A DNA stretch of 64,000 nt, from assembly GCA_012026655.1 (NCBI GenBank), contig JAAILG010001574.1:1-64000 (forward strand), read 5' to 3'. The notes under the pieces are model-generated. The model had not been told where the DNA came from. It worked only from the letters and a program-made list of their open reading frames with translations, and made no database searches. The position numbers and the translations under genes were made by a program. The stretch comes from Hydrolagus affinis. Lineage: Eukaryota. This document shows positions 1-13,700 of this stretch, one piece after another (position 1 is the stretch's first letter; each line of letters opens with the position of its first letter).

Positions 1-490
1 CTGGTCACCTCCAGCAGTCTCGACGTCATGCTTCGCCACTGTCAAGCGCTGTGGGACACTACCTTGTGTGAGGAGCGCTATGTTAATGAAAGTATATATA
101 ACATATATAAAAGTAAAAATGTTTCGCTCACAAGAATATACAGTCAATTCACTTTACAATATATTCTGTGAAGCACTTCAAGATGTCTAGAAGATGTGAA
201 AAGTGCTATATCAAGTGCAAGTATTATTATTATTACTGTAGTTTGAGCAAGTTTGCATAGGTCAGTTGTATCTGATGCCAAGATTCATTACACCATCTAC
301 ATGTGAGCCTGAAGAGCCTGCTGAGCCAGTGTGCTAAATAGAAGGAAGCGTGATTGCATTCGAGTTGTGAAGATGTAACCACAGCAAACTGAGACACTAC
401 AGCCTGTGTATGTCTCACAGCTGACTGGCACACACACCCAAAGTGCTGACAGTGTTATTCTGGTCTGTCATTTTTTTTAATTGCTGGAAT

Positions 491-536
491 ACACAACACA
501 CACATACACACATGCACACATACACACATACACACA
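491..536. repeat. Imperfect (CA)n microsatellite
   Basis: acacaacacacacatacacacatgcacacatacacacatacacaca. Confidence 0.85.
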
Positions 537-3289
537 GAGTCCACGTTGTCTTTTCTCAGTGTGAGGTTTAATTGCATCTGATAATCCACGTGGAACAAAC
601 AGTCTGCAAACTGAGCTTCAAATTATATTTCTTGCACGTCGACCTCGGACGTGGGCCCGTTTCTGTCAGCCCACATCACAGGTCAAGCAGGCTCTCGGCC
701 ATTGATCTTGCTGTACCTCGAACACCCGTCAGCTTCAGTGTAAAGCCAGCGGACTGACTCCGTTTCCGTTAGTGGACGGTAACTTGCTATTTACAGCACA
801 ACTCCCACATGGATCATTCGAGAGGTCTACAACAATAGCAACAACTTCAACAACTTGCATTTTGTATAGCACTCTTCACATGGTGCAGAGTCCTGTGGTG
901 AACATGTATTACAGGGGAATTGGAGCGAGCTGCTGTTAGCACTCTGGCCCTGACTTGTTCCAAACAGCAGTGATGTGCAGCAGCTCTTGTTTTACACCAT
1001 CTGAAAAAGCAACAGAACAGTCTTCTCGCACTGGCAAGAGAGGTCCCAGACTCAACGTGCCAGGACTCCATACATGTCATCAATTAGCAAGTTAAAATAA
1101 TAATGAGTGCATTCTCATCATGTCAACACTCTGCCATGCTGGATCTAACACTTGCTGTTTGTTGACGCTGGGAACATTTTGTTCCGTGCTTATACTTTAT
1201 TGAGAAATCTTATTTATTTCGGTGCCCTCAAAGTTACATGTCTGATTTCTGGAGAAACTAAAATGGAATTTTTGATTTGTTTTGCGTAATCCGGCAGTGA
1301 CTGAGTGTCTGGTCTTGCGCGGTCTGGTATTGATTGGTTAATGGATGACGTTTGAGCATTGGGTGAGATAGACCTCTTCATCCTTGAAAGGCTAAAAATA
1401 CTGAATGTGATAAAGAAATAATTCCTGGAACAGTACTTGGAAATAAAATACAATTTACACTTATGCAGCGCCTTTCGAGTCAGAGGGACGTCACAGAGTG
1501 CTTTGCAAATCTGGCTACCGGTGGGAGCTGAGGGGAGTTGTGGAGGATAATGATGACCGAAAGCTAGGTTGATGGGGCAAGTTTTGAGAAATACCTTGAA
1601 TTAAGTGAGGCTGGCGTGTGTGTGGGAGATGACGCAGGCTGCGGAGTTCTGGAGAGTTTGCTGCCTAAGAGCTGAAGTGTCTGGCAAGCAGAGTGTTGGC
1701 ATCATCATTTGGATATAATAAGGCGTGAATGTGCTATTCAGTGTCAGTGGCCTTAGTAATAATGGACAAGGCATACAGTATTGCAGAGGTTCATTGTAAC
1801 TACTGTCATCTGTGTGTCTGAGATTTTTATGAAGCGTAAGACAAGAGAGTACAGGTTCAGGGATGTGAATGGCAAGTTTAAGACTGGCACCAGGAAATAT
1901 TTGCACAGCAGTTAATGAACACCTGGAGAGGGTTATCAGGGCTAATGGGAAGGTCAGGACACAGGAGTCATTTAAGAATGGATGGATGCTGGCATGGGCA
2001 GAAGGTAGAAATGGTATTTTAAAATAATGAGCTCAGAAGAAGGGCATTCTTCAAACAAACCTTTCTTGTATTCCCTGGCCATCCAGTGCTGATATGCAAG
2101 GTTTATTTAGTCGTGCGGCACGTTTGCTTGGCTTCAGAATCTCTAAAGATCTAATTTGGTGCCTGCAGGTTTTGAGAACTGAATAAGTCATGGCAGAAGA
2201 AGTCATGATTGTGATCACACAGGTAGCACAGTATTGAATGTGTGAACCCTGGATACAGGTTTGCATTTGTGAATCACTATCAAATTGCCTGAATTAAAGA
2301 AAGTGAGATCCGCTGAGACAGAAGAAATTGTGCGACTGGGTCATGGTAGAGTTTAATTACTGATGGGTTAGAGCCTGATGTGGGTGTCTGATGCTTGCAA
2401 ATACCTTTTGAAAGGCACGGCATCTTGGGATTATCATGTTGACAGGTACCCTGCAGGGCTCCGGTAACAGAGACACATTGATTCTGACCATTTGTTGGTT
2501 GTGGTGCAGTGGGATTGGGGATGTTTAATCTTAAAGCAGAATTAGTGAGTGGGTGGAGTGAATTCCTCGAGCTGTTTAATCTTTGATTTCTGTTTTCTGG
2601 GATTTTGTACCCGAGTCGGGCAAAGTTTGGCAACATTTTTTGTTTGGCAAAGTCAGGAGACTAGTTGTTGCACCGCAACCATCACCCTATCACTTCCATT
2701 TCAGGATACAGCTGTTCTGGCCATTCCCTAGTCTCTATTTCCCACGAGGATGTAAACCTCCACCAAGATTCTCAGCTGCTGTTAAAGTCTCCCCGAAAGG
2801 GCAGTATTCTGGATTTTGCCCTAACCAGTGTGTTAACTGGAAGCTTCCATATACAATTACGTACAACTGAGGGCAACCAAAGGTGACCTTCACAGGGTCG
2901 AAAAGAGGTTATCCTAAGCAGTGAATATGATAGGGTCATTTGCAGGTCACTGAACCCGCTGGCTGTCTGAAATTATTTCTGTGAGAAGCTCTCAGCAGAT
3001 GTGGATGGGCTACAGTTCTGTCCTTGGATCCAGGACTCTGTGTTGTAAACAACTGGGGAGAGAGGACATTTCATCTTTCACATCTATTCGTTCGCTGTCC
3101 TGAGTGCAAGTCTGATAGATAATCTAAAATACTGCATTCTTTCTCAAGGGGCATTAAAACTTTTGGGGGGGGCATATTTTGTGGAGTAACAATGCTATGC
3201 AACTGGTATGAGGACAGAGATTAGCCAACATTGAGTCCGGTGGTAGGCGAGAGGCAGAAATATAGATGCTGAGTTTTAGAAGGTAAACA

Positions 3290-3545
3290 TAGTGCTCCCA
3301 ACGAGCCACTCTGGCACCAACCTCTGTAACTCCAACCCGCAATCCCTCTGCCTCGCCCCCTCCCTGGCCTCCTTCACATCCCGCCTCAAGACCCTCCTCT
3401 TCGATGGTCCCAGTGATCACCCCTAATCCCCTCCTTTCCCTGCACCTTCTCCGATCCCGACGGGTCTGAAACACTGACTGTCCAGTACCTTTGGATGTCC
3501 TCCTGACGTGAAAGGCGCTATACAAGTGTAATTTTGTTATTGTTC
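3290..3545 (+). mobile_element. Diverged L2 3' end
   Basis: C-rich UTR and tail gacgtgaaaggcgctatacaagtgtaattttgtt. Similar remnants lie at ~1452-1720 (-), ~4500-5050 (+) and ~36890-37305 (+). Confidence 0.6.
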
Positions 3546-6500
3546 AGTAAGTGTAGTTTTTAATATTTATAATAATAATTTGCATATAAAGGACAAAGTA
3601 TCAGGAAACTGATGTCTAGAAAAACATTCCAATGATGTGTCTGACAAAAGTAATGCCAGATTACTATTGGGTATGATCTGAAATGGTCCGATCTAGGTCT
3701 TAACGTCCAACATTGAAAAATAGCTATTTCTGCAAGATTCAGATAAACCCTCATTGCTGACCTAGTGAAAAATGTGACCTATCACCTAAAATTATTTATT
3801 GTTGCCAAAGCAGATATCTATACATAGATGATTTCATATTTGCAGAACCCATGATCGTATCCCAGAAAAGTTGTAGAGTCCAGTAGTATATATATACTTA
3901 CTATAATAAAATATTATGCTTTTCACTTTAAAAATGAAGTGCTTTACAAAATATAATTATTATTGCAAGTTTACTGTAACCTAAGACAAGAGTGAACTAT
4001 ACTGTATGTCCTTTGTAATAGTGAATTCTTCTATTATACAGGTCATAACATGATTTTGTAATTATGCAACATGAAAATCGAAGCATATCATAAGAAATAA
4101 TCGATTGATCTGTTTACACATCATAGTTTGACCATTTTAATAAACTTTGTTTTCATTATTTTATACACCATACTGTTACACCAGGGCAGAGAGGAAATGT
4201 AACACTATCAGTCTTATACTCAGACAGTGTACAATGGATATAGCCAGGCCCTTGAAATGCAGAGTGGTTCTCGACAGTTGGTGATCAGTAACTAGCGAGG
4301 CACATTATACCTTACTTTCTCAGTTTGTGGATTTGAATGCTCATTGTTATTTGCTCTGTGCCAATATTGTGCATTATATCTTTTGTTTAACCCCACACAC
4401 ACCATTGTGTTTGAAGCCTACCTGAACATCTCTGTTTCAGTCCCTTTTTATATCATGTTACAGCCCTGAGATACTTTTAATAAATCACCGACCGCTTCAA
4501 AAGGTTCAAAGAAATGGTCTATTGTGGTTCCGGAACCCTCCCCCCACTTTTTAATCTCCACACCCAGTCTGGATTCCCTTTGTCCCCTGGTAACCCTCTG
4601 GGATGCAAGGCTTATGGAGGAAGGCTGGGTCAGAGTCAAATAACAACCTCATAGCGGTCTTGAAAACATCACTTGTCTATCTATCTAAGAGTCACTTACA
4701 GGCAAACTCTCCAGTGGTCTCGGTTAACCTTGTTCTGCTCTTCTCTTGTTACAGATCTCTGCCCCCCAATTACAAAAAATTTAATTAGAATTTGCTAACG
4801 AATTCAAAGAAGCAATGATTATAAAACAAATTGCTGCGGTGCCTATAAACTCAAACCTCTCAAAACGCTTCACCAAGTTTCGGTGGAGCATAGTGACCGA
4901 ACTTGTAGGTGAATCCAGCAGCCAACCCAGCTGCAAAGCCCCCAAACCACTATTTAATGAATGGTTCATTTCACTTGAAGAATTGTTAAGCGCTCCAGGA
5001 TGCTACCAAGCGTGAAGGGTGCTATATAAATGCAAGTTGTTGTTGTTTTTGGTCAGGCCACTAGTAGATACTCTCTTCTTGTTTTAAATAGCAACACGGC
5101 ATATCTTGACCTTCAATGTTAATTTTTTTAGTTGGAGTCCTGTGTCACCAAATGGTACAATTACAATTTACTAAAATTGTACATGACCATTTACACTTGT
5201 ACAGGCCTTTCACATCAGGGGGCATCCCAACGCATTTCATGATGTGAACAGGGTATAACAGAAGCTAAGCATTCTCACAGTTTACAATGATATTTTGTTA
5301 TAAAGAGCGGTGCCAGGAAGTCCTTTTTGGTTTGTACCCAGTGAGACATCTAGAAGACGTGAAAAGCGCCATATCAAATGCAAGGATTATTATTATTTTT
5401 TAACAAAAAATTTAATTAGAATTTGATAATGAATTGAATAAAATCACAATGTTAATGGAATTTTTTTTGGAATCAGGATTACACAACTGTGGCTTTCGCT
5501 GTAAAGTGAAAATGGTGATTACGAATGTTAGTGATGCTTTCCTTGGTCAAAAGGAGGAGGATTGGTTGTTTTTTCTTTAGAACATTATGCTCGTAATTGC
5601 TTCTGAATATTTTGCAACCGGATCATGTTAATGGTTCTTTCCCATTCCCCGTGTAAGCGGGGAGGTCAAAGTAATAAATTCTACATGATTCCCTAAAATT
5701 CCAAAGGTCGTTTACGTAGCCAATATAATTTGAGGACTTGTCTTGCCCAGTGTTAGTTAGCCAGTTGGAATGTATTATTTTATACTTTGCATAGTGAAAA
5801 TGTCAATGTAATCTATGAACTATTTAAAAGAACAGGGAATTTCTATTGGTTTTGTGCCCTGTGGCACTGATGCAAGTAGTTTCATAGAATAATTATGTAC
5901 TTATCAAGTAGATGGGACCCAAAAGGAGTTGTCTTTCAGTGATGGATCACACAGTTCACTGACTGCATACTGTTTAGATCACAACAAGGTTATTTAATGT
6001 TTTCATTATAGTATTATGTATCATTCTGTCACTTATCAATATAATGTGGGAATTTATCCTGCCCCATGTTGGGTCTCTTGTGTAACAGTGCACTTTCATT
6101 CCCCGTGAGTTGTCAGTGTAACTCTTTCAGGGATGTTAACATCAGCAGCTCACTCGCTGGCCTAGGAGTACTCACATAACAAAGTAAATAATAAATGTGA
6201 ATCCTACAGAATCCCAACAGTCTATTAATAGCAATAACAATAAACAGATGCTCTGCCATATTCAATTTACATGGATTCTGGAGAAAATAACATTTTGTGC
6301 TTAAAGTCCCGAATAATATCTTATTGGTGTGGTGGCAAAAGGCACCTGCAGTCTTCCATTTAGAGAGCAGACAAAAGTCTGAGCTCCAATCATTACTGTC
6401 AATGGGTAAAAGCATTTCTTAGCATAGCCAGGTTCTTGCTGATGTGGGTGTGGCCCTAGGTTACAGGGTCTTTGTGTTATTTTATTATCATTTTGCAGAT

Positions 6501-6958
6501 TGGAAAACAAATCTGGTCTCCAAAGGGATAAGGACTGGGCCACATACTGGCTTAGACAAACAAAAGAATCAAGTTCTCTTTCCTTCCCCCATAAATCCAA
6601 GTGGAATGTGAAATGGGTTAGCCAGTCCTATCACCTCTGAATCTTTGTTTTGAATCTAAATGGACAGGAATGTAGTTCTGCTCTTTTGGTTGGTAATAAT
6701 GTGAGTCTCACTACAAAGCTACGGGATGTCGGGTCTAGTAAAGCCTTCTCTTCTAATGTTGGGGTATTACTGGGGAGGAGTGGAAGGGAGGATACTCTAC
6801 AATCCAATTTTACTGTACTTGAATTTCGGAGCTCTCGATAATGAGTTACTTTCTTACACTTGCCGCCCTCATTGCATGGTGCCGAACTCAAAATGAAAGC
6901 TCCACCCTTACACGATAGAAGTCACATGCAAAATAATGCCCCCCCTTCAACTTATCGT

Positions 6959-7268
6959 GGGGCTCCACTAGCTCAGTGGTTAGAGCACTCGCCTTACAAG
7001 CATGAAACCTGTCAGGGCGAAACCTTGGGCAAGTTTCCTTACTCTACACACCTAATAATAATCCATCCATGATAAAACTACAATAATAAAAGTTGGTCAT
7101 TTCAGTCCACGACTGTTTGCGGAACACTGCGGCACGCAATTGGTTGCTGTGTTTCATCCACAAAATATACAGTCAATTCACTTTACAGTCTATTCTGTGA
7201 AGCGCTTTGAGACGTCGATAAGATGTGAAAAGCGCTATATCAAATGCAAGTATTATTATTATTATTTA
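6959..7268 (+). mobile_element. tRNA-derived SINE (Deu-domain body, L2-like tail), near full length
   Basis: Head tagctcagtggttagagcactcgcc; body actgtttgcggaacactgc...aattggttgc; tail gtgaagcgctttgagacg...aaatgcaag(tat)n; many copies in the window. Confidence 0.85.
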
Positions 7269-10200
7269 TTGCACTACGTCTTTCTGATGCACACAGTGCT
7301 GTGAGTGAGACAAGGCAGCTCATGTTGAACTGGGGTTTCAACCCACTATTAACAGCACAACAAGACACGCAGCTTGTTTGCGGGCTCAGTCTCGACCAGA
7401 CATATCCTTTCGGACACTGCCCTGCTCCACCACCACCCAGACCAGACCTACCCCAGAAATTGGAGAAGAAATGGGTCTTAGAAAAGATTCACAAGTGGTC
7501 GCTTAGACTTCAGGAAAAAGTTATGTATCAGCAGCTGCATACTACATGGGAATCAGTTTGTTCTGAACCAGCTCTGATATCCTCTGCCAGCTAATTGCAG
7601 CATAATTTGCCAATGGCTTTGCTCTGGGCTGTGGTAGCAACAAAGAGGAATTTAGTACACTGAGATCAATACTGAGCGATATTCTCGCAAACAATACTTA
7701 ACAACGGGCCAGAGATCAAAAGGCGCTGGAGCCAAAGGGAGGGTCTCGGGCTTAGACTCACAGGATTGAGGCACCGCTCGTTTCCAAATAAGTTGTTAAG
7801 TTCTTTCTCCCCCAAGATTTCATCAGTCTTGGCTACAGCTGGGGTTACTATAGTTACCAAAAGCTAAGGGGTGTAAATACAAATGTCAGCCATAAACTGC
7901 AACAAGCCACCACTCCAGAATTATATTTGTGACCAGTTTCAAACCCTTCACCCGCAGCTAAGCTAAATGTACCGGATAACTCATTCCCAGCGCTTCATTA
8001 ATTCTAATCATTTCACTGACGCATACAAGAAATTGTTACTAAATGACAAGAAATTGTTTCTAAATGACTGCAATCAGCCATTCGGTACTGGTAACTGTAC
8101 TGTAGTTGTGAGCATTTAACTGCCTTTTTACTCGGCCAGTTTTGGGGATGAGGAAACATTACATGTCATCATACCAGAGCACTCTAATTTGGGGCTTTTG
8201 AAATTACTCTCAGTAAGTGCATGGAAATTATAAGTAGTGCGATGAGTGCTGCTGGCTAAATCATAGAGAAAGGTTCTGTGTGTTAAGATCAAATTAATAT
8301 CTAAATTTACTTTCTGAAGTTGGGTTAAATTTAACAAGAATACTAAACCCACTCAAAGATTTCTGCATATGGATATAATAACAGCCTTGCTGGAATCGCA
8401 GAGTTTCCTCTTTTAAAGTGCTGAATCACAGAGGAGCTTCCTGACTCAGGGATTTGGATTCAGAGACAAAGAGAGTGAGAGATTGTGTGTCCCGGAATTA
8501 GAGCGAGAGAGAGACAGGGAAAGTCCGCAATCAGAGTCAATGAGATCATAATAATAATAATCCTCGCATTTGATACAGTGCTTTATCAGATAGTTAAAAC
8601 ATCTCAAAGCTCATCGCAGAAATATACTGTAAAGTGAATTGACTGTATATTTGGTGTCTGATTATGCACCCCAGTATTAGGGATTATACACCCCAGAATA
8701 TACACCCCAGAACTAGGAATCAGAAACTTATTGTGCGTTTGTCAGGATTGGGAGACTTGTTGAGGCAGCAGTTTCTGCTCTGATCAGACTGCTGGTTGAC
8801 AGAGAGATTATTGTACAATAATCACGCTCCCTTGACCGTTTTTGATTTTAATAACCTCCCCGGTTGTAAAGTTAAGGAAAGTCCTCCACATGCTCTGTAA
8901 TTAAAGTTTCTTGGCAAACCTCCTAACACTTGTTCTGTTAGTAATGCATTTCAATGATACGGTCAATAGTTCAGCTGTGCAAACATCAAGTAAGAAAGTT
9001 TCAGTGCAACCAAGGCTTTAAGTTTTGCTGTCTTCAGGAACGCTCTTTTAAATAAAACTACAAAGTCTGCATTCCATTGAAGGAATGAGATTCTAAGATG
9101 CAAGGTAACCTTGGGTAAAATCCCTTTTGGTACAACAACCTCAACCTGCCTGTAGTCAGAGAATGGCTGCCGGCATTGCTTTCAATAACTGACAAGTTGC
9201 TCTCTCACTCTATCTGGGGACTGGGAAAACCCACATGTTTCTCAGTGGATCTGGGCAGCGCTTCATATACTTACAACACTGCTGACAGTGAGTGAGTTCA
9301 GGTAAAATGTAAGAGGCAATTGAGAGGCAACTAAGGGGATGCGAAGGGGGGGTTGGGGGGAGGGGTACGTACAATGCATCTTCTCCCTCTCATTCACTGC
9401 TTGAACCCCTGCCCCCCCCTCCCCCCGCCCCCTCACACACACACACACACATTCGCACACCCACACACCCGATCTGGAGTTGGACATTGCACACTTGTCA
9501 GAAAACACTCAATACTCAGTCCTCTGGACTGGAAATTGAAACAAAACCAATTGTTTTACAATCAGTTTTTTAAAACTGATTTCTTGTCTGCTCTTTTGTT
9601 TCACTTTTGTTACTTTTGTTCTTATAAAAAATGAATAAAACACAACAAAACTGCCTTCATAGCTTCAGCAGATAAACGATAAACTGAGCAGATCACTTTA
9701 AAAGTGAATGAGAGTCTGACAATGTATAATTATGTATTCCTGAATCCAGGGGATAATAAGACAGTAACTTTGCTTAATCTTGAGATATGTATATATTCCA
9801 GCTCCCTGTAATAATAATAAACCTTGCATATTGGTATAGTGCCTTAGTTCATTGTTGAGGCATCTTGAAGCGCTTCATAGAAAATCCTATTAAGTGAATT
9901 GACTGTATGTATATGTATAGAAGTTACTTCTGAGCTAACTACAACTATGAAAAAAGCCACAAAAAATTCCGAAACTCTATTGTTTCACTCCGTTGTTGAA
10001 GCACTTCACAGGAAACCTTTCTCTGAAGTGCCTCTTGGATTCAGAGAGCTGGGAATCTTGTGTCGTATGCAAAGTGTAACTTAATTCAGGGTGAAAGTGA
10101 AAAACAAAACTCCAGCTTTAGAGGCCCCAGGGAATTACAGCCAATAAACAGCCTCCTGGTTCTCTTAGTCTCTTTGACCCTACCCTCTGTAAACCGCATA

Positions 10201-11795
10201 GGAGAGAGGTATGGTAAGGTCAGGTTCCTAAGTAAAACATATCCAATCCCATCTCCCCATTTCACTTCCCATTATCGTCAAATTCTCTGCTTCGCCTCCT
10301 CTCCCTTTCTTTACCTTGTTCTTGCAATGGTCTCGTCTCAATTTCAGTTCTGGGTCACACACATTCACAATCATTCCTGTTTTATTTTTCATCATGTATT
10401 TTTTTCAACAAAAAAAAAGGCACTCATTAAAATAACAAGCCTCCAGAAGTGCTTGTCAAAAGAACACATTTTAGTTTAAGATTCTAGGAGCTCAAGATAT
10501 TAAACTGGTTGTAAAACATTGTATTTTACAGACACAGGAAGAATTATAAAATTAAAATAAGCCAATTTATTCCTGTAATTATTCCTATAATTTATTCCTA
10601 AATTATGGGATGTTTTCTGCATGCGAGAGCTCTGATTGTGAGCATTGCTAAGCTTTTTCTACCATGGAGGATAAATTTTGTTCTCATCTGACATTAATGC
10701 ATGTTCACCTTCCCTTAACAGTGATCAAGAGTGGGAACTCTGGCATTGGGTTATCAGTCACCCAGCTCGCCATGAAACATCTTTCATTGCTATTCCTATG
10801 CTATTTCATTCAACATTTCATACCTACTGACACGGGCCACGGTAAATGAACTATCTGTATATAGCATCTTGAAATATATAACTCAACTCACTATTCAACA
10901 TCCACAGGGTTAATCAAGTGCTTTTAAAACTATATGTTTGGAACAAAGCCTAATGGCTATGTCAGATCTGGAAACCCAGTGACTTAAGTTTAAGGTTTTC
11001 AAACCTGATAGAACACACAGTCAGCACTTGGGAATAGCAACAGTTTCACTCTCAACCCTGGTGAGATCCAAATGATTTAATTCAACTCGATTTGAATTGA
11101 AGCACTGGAGATTATTTCCCCCGTAAACCAGAGGTGCAAAGCTGAAACTACTCAGCTCTTTTGTGATTTATTGGTGGAAATCCTTTCACTCTGATATTTA
11201 TTTATTTGATATAAAAGGTACACATTCAGTCAGGCTGCAAACTTTGTCTCAAGTACACATACCATCAATATAAGCCATGAGCTCTCTGGAGTTGCAGCCG
11301 AAATGTTGCACAAAATAACCTTATCATCCTTGTTTGGGAAAAGATGCTATTTTCTGCTCCGTCAATTTGCAGTTAAGTTGCTGCATGCTTGTGTCATACA
11401 GTGTGTCATACAACGGCAGTGCATGCTTGTTACTCTAATTTCTTCTCAGTTTTAATTTGGTTATTAATAACTTAGCCAAAACAAATTTCCTGAGGTGAAA
11501 CCAACTTCACTTGAATTTATTGGCCACCAATATCATTAGCGAAAGCATGTCATACATCTATTTGCCTTGCAGGTTCAACACAAGATGTCATGATTTGGAT
11601 TTTTCTCTTTCAATAGGACTTAATTGATTTAGCGTAAGTTAAATCTGGTGCGTTTGCCTTAAACCCGGATATTAAAAAAATGTTTTTATTAGTTTGTCAT
11701 AATATCAATCTCTATTTATATAGTGATCGCTGGCTAAACACTAGCAGAAGCCCAACACACACTCTGTGTTCACCACATATTGTTTCTATAACAGT

Positions 11796-12108
11796 ATTAA
11801 TAATCCTTGCATTTGATACAGCATCTTATCACATCTTCTAGACCTCTCAAAGCACTTCACAGAATATACAGTGAAGTGAATTGACTGTATAGTATATTTG
11901 TGGGAGAAACACGGCAGCCGATTGTGTACTGCCGTGTTCCACAAATAGTCGTGGATTAAAAGTGAATAATTTATTATTTTTTTCCTTGAGGGATTATTAT
12001 CAGGCATGTGGAGTAAGGAATCTTGCCCCAAATTTTGCCCTGCCAGGAATCAAACCCAGGTCTCTCAATTGCAAGGTGAGTGCTCTAACCAGTGAGCTAC
12101 AGGACTCC
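11796..12108 (-). mobile_element. Same SINE family, full length
   Basis: Reverse complement of the family, ending gagctacaggactcc. Confidence 0.85.
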
Positions 12109-13462
12109 ATGCTATGGTTCATTGTTGGGCTACAAATAGTCTTGAGTATCTCATCAATATTGCAGTGATGACAATCAGAATTATAATACAGTACTCCATA
12201 CATTTGATACAGCACCTTATCATGTCTCTTAGATGTCTCAATGCACTTCTTATGTTGCTTTGATGATATGTAGTTCTACTTTCTGTTGTGGCAAGTAACT
12301 AAATAATTGTTATTCTAATGTTCAGGAGTCATTAGGAATAATAATAACAATAATGAATACTGTATTACTATTCTTTTTATTGAATGTTCCTTTGCTGATA
12401 ATTGCTACTTTTTTAATACTACGAGATGACTGTGTTCATACTACTGAAAGTGTCACAGTTTGCCTGAGGAAACAGAGTGCATGTACTCTGGTACAAATGT
12501 GTGCTTTTTTCCCCCCCCCGAGCTATGTTAAGCTTGTCAAAATTGTCAGCTGTAAAGCTCCATAAAGCGAGCAATTAAATGCAATGAGATATTTCTCCAG
12601 CTCCTAGTTGAGAAGATGTATCGGGGGGTATATGACATTAAGGTGATTGACATGCACAGCAATGTTGACTTGAATTTTATTGAAAGCGTGAAATAAGGTG
12701 TTTCGAGGCATTTGATTTTGCAATCTATAAATTGGAGGAGTGGTGCGTCATTCTCAACTAGATGTGATTTGTGCAGTGAATCGAATGCTAAGGTCCACCT
12801 CGACAGAATTTGATTGTCGTCACGAGCAGTTATGATATTCCTGTGTGGTTTCACTGGAAAGGCCACGTTTGAAAATAGTAAAACAAAGAGAATGCCTATG
12901 TTTGATTTAGTACCTAAAACGAGGAAACACCTCAAAGTGCTTGCATGAGAATTGCTATCGTGGATAGTGACTGAGTACTTGTAAACAAACATGGCAACCA
13001 AAGCCTAGGTACCTTGGACTGGGGTACATAATCAGTCACTGCCTCCTGATATGCACAAAGCTCTTATTTTACGTCAGTGGAACAATGACCCCTATTGTGA
13101 TGCATGATGCTGTGGTTTTGGGGTCGAAAATGCGTGTTGAGTGAACCCAGCACACGGTGCAAATTCCAGCCTCATTAATACCATAGCCAACAAGCCAATG
13201 TGACAAACTACGCAATTTACCCGCAATTTACTGTGAATTCACTTTGATTCAAAATTTAATTGATAATTTAATTAAATAATTTAATTAAAATTATGACCCA
13301 ACTCGCAAATTGGAACCCTCATTCAACCAGGTAGCCATTTCTGCCAGAGTTCTTAGCAGAAATGTTGACTCCCCGTCACTCTTGCGTCCTCACGCATGTC
13401 CTTTGGGCTGTTCACTTGTACACCTTTTACTCAGTGGGCCTATTAGCAATCCTTACCCTGCC

Positions 13463-13700
13463 TACTGTGATGATTCTTACCCCAGTGACCAGGTTGCACA
13501 GATATTGTGACAGTTGTCACCCGGTTACCAGGTTACTCAGGCACTGTGACGATTCTCACCTAGGTTACCAGGTTATTCATTTACTGTGATGATACTCGGC
13601 TGACAGTTACCGGATTAGACAAGTACTGGGAAATTCTCACCTCAGCTATTGACTTACACAGGTAATGTGCCATTTTTCAAACAGGTTATACAGGTACAGT
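13463..13700. repeat. Degenerate ~39-42-bp minisatellite, about 5-6 units
   Basis: Units such as actgtgacgattctcacctaggttaccaggttattcattt and actgtgatgattcttaccccagtgaccaggttgcacagat. Confidence 0.75.

Noticed and set aside
8660-8715. Short tandem tatacaccccagaa repeats (a similar 15-bp duplication lies at ~56395-56420)
   Set aside because: Simple local slippage duplications with no sign of function
10664-10849. ORF starting MEDKF..., superficially like the mammalian EML1 start MEDGF
   Set aside because: Similarity ends after five residues and I found no convincing phase-1 donor at the expected distance
13463-13700. CRISPR-like periodic repeat
   Set aside because: Eukaryotic context, degenerate contiguous units, no unique spacers and no cas genes
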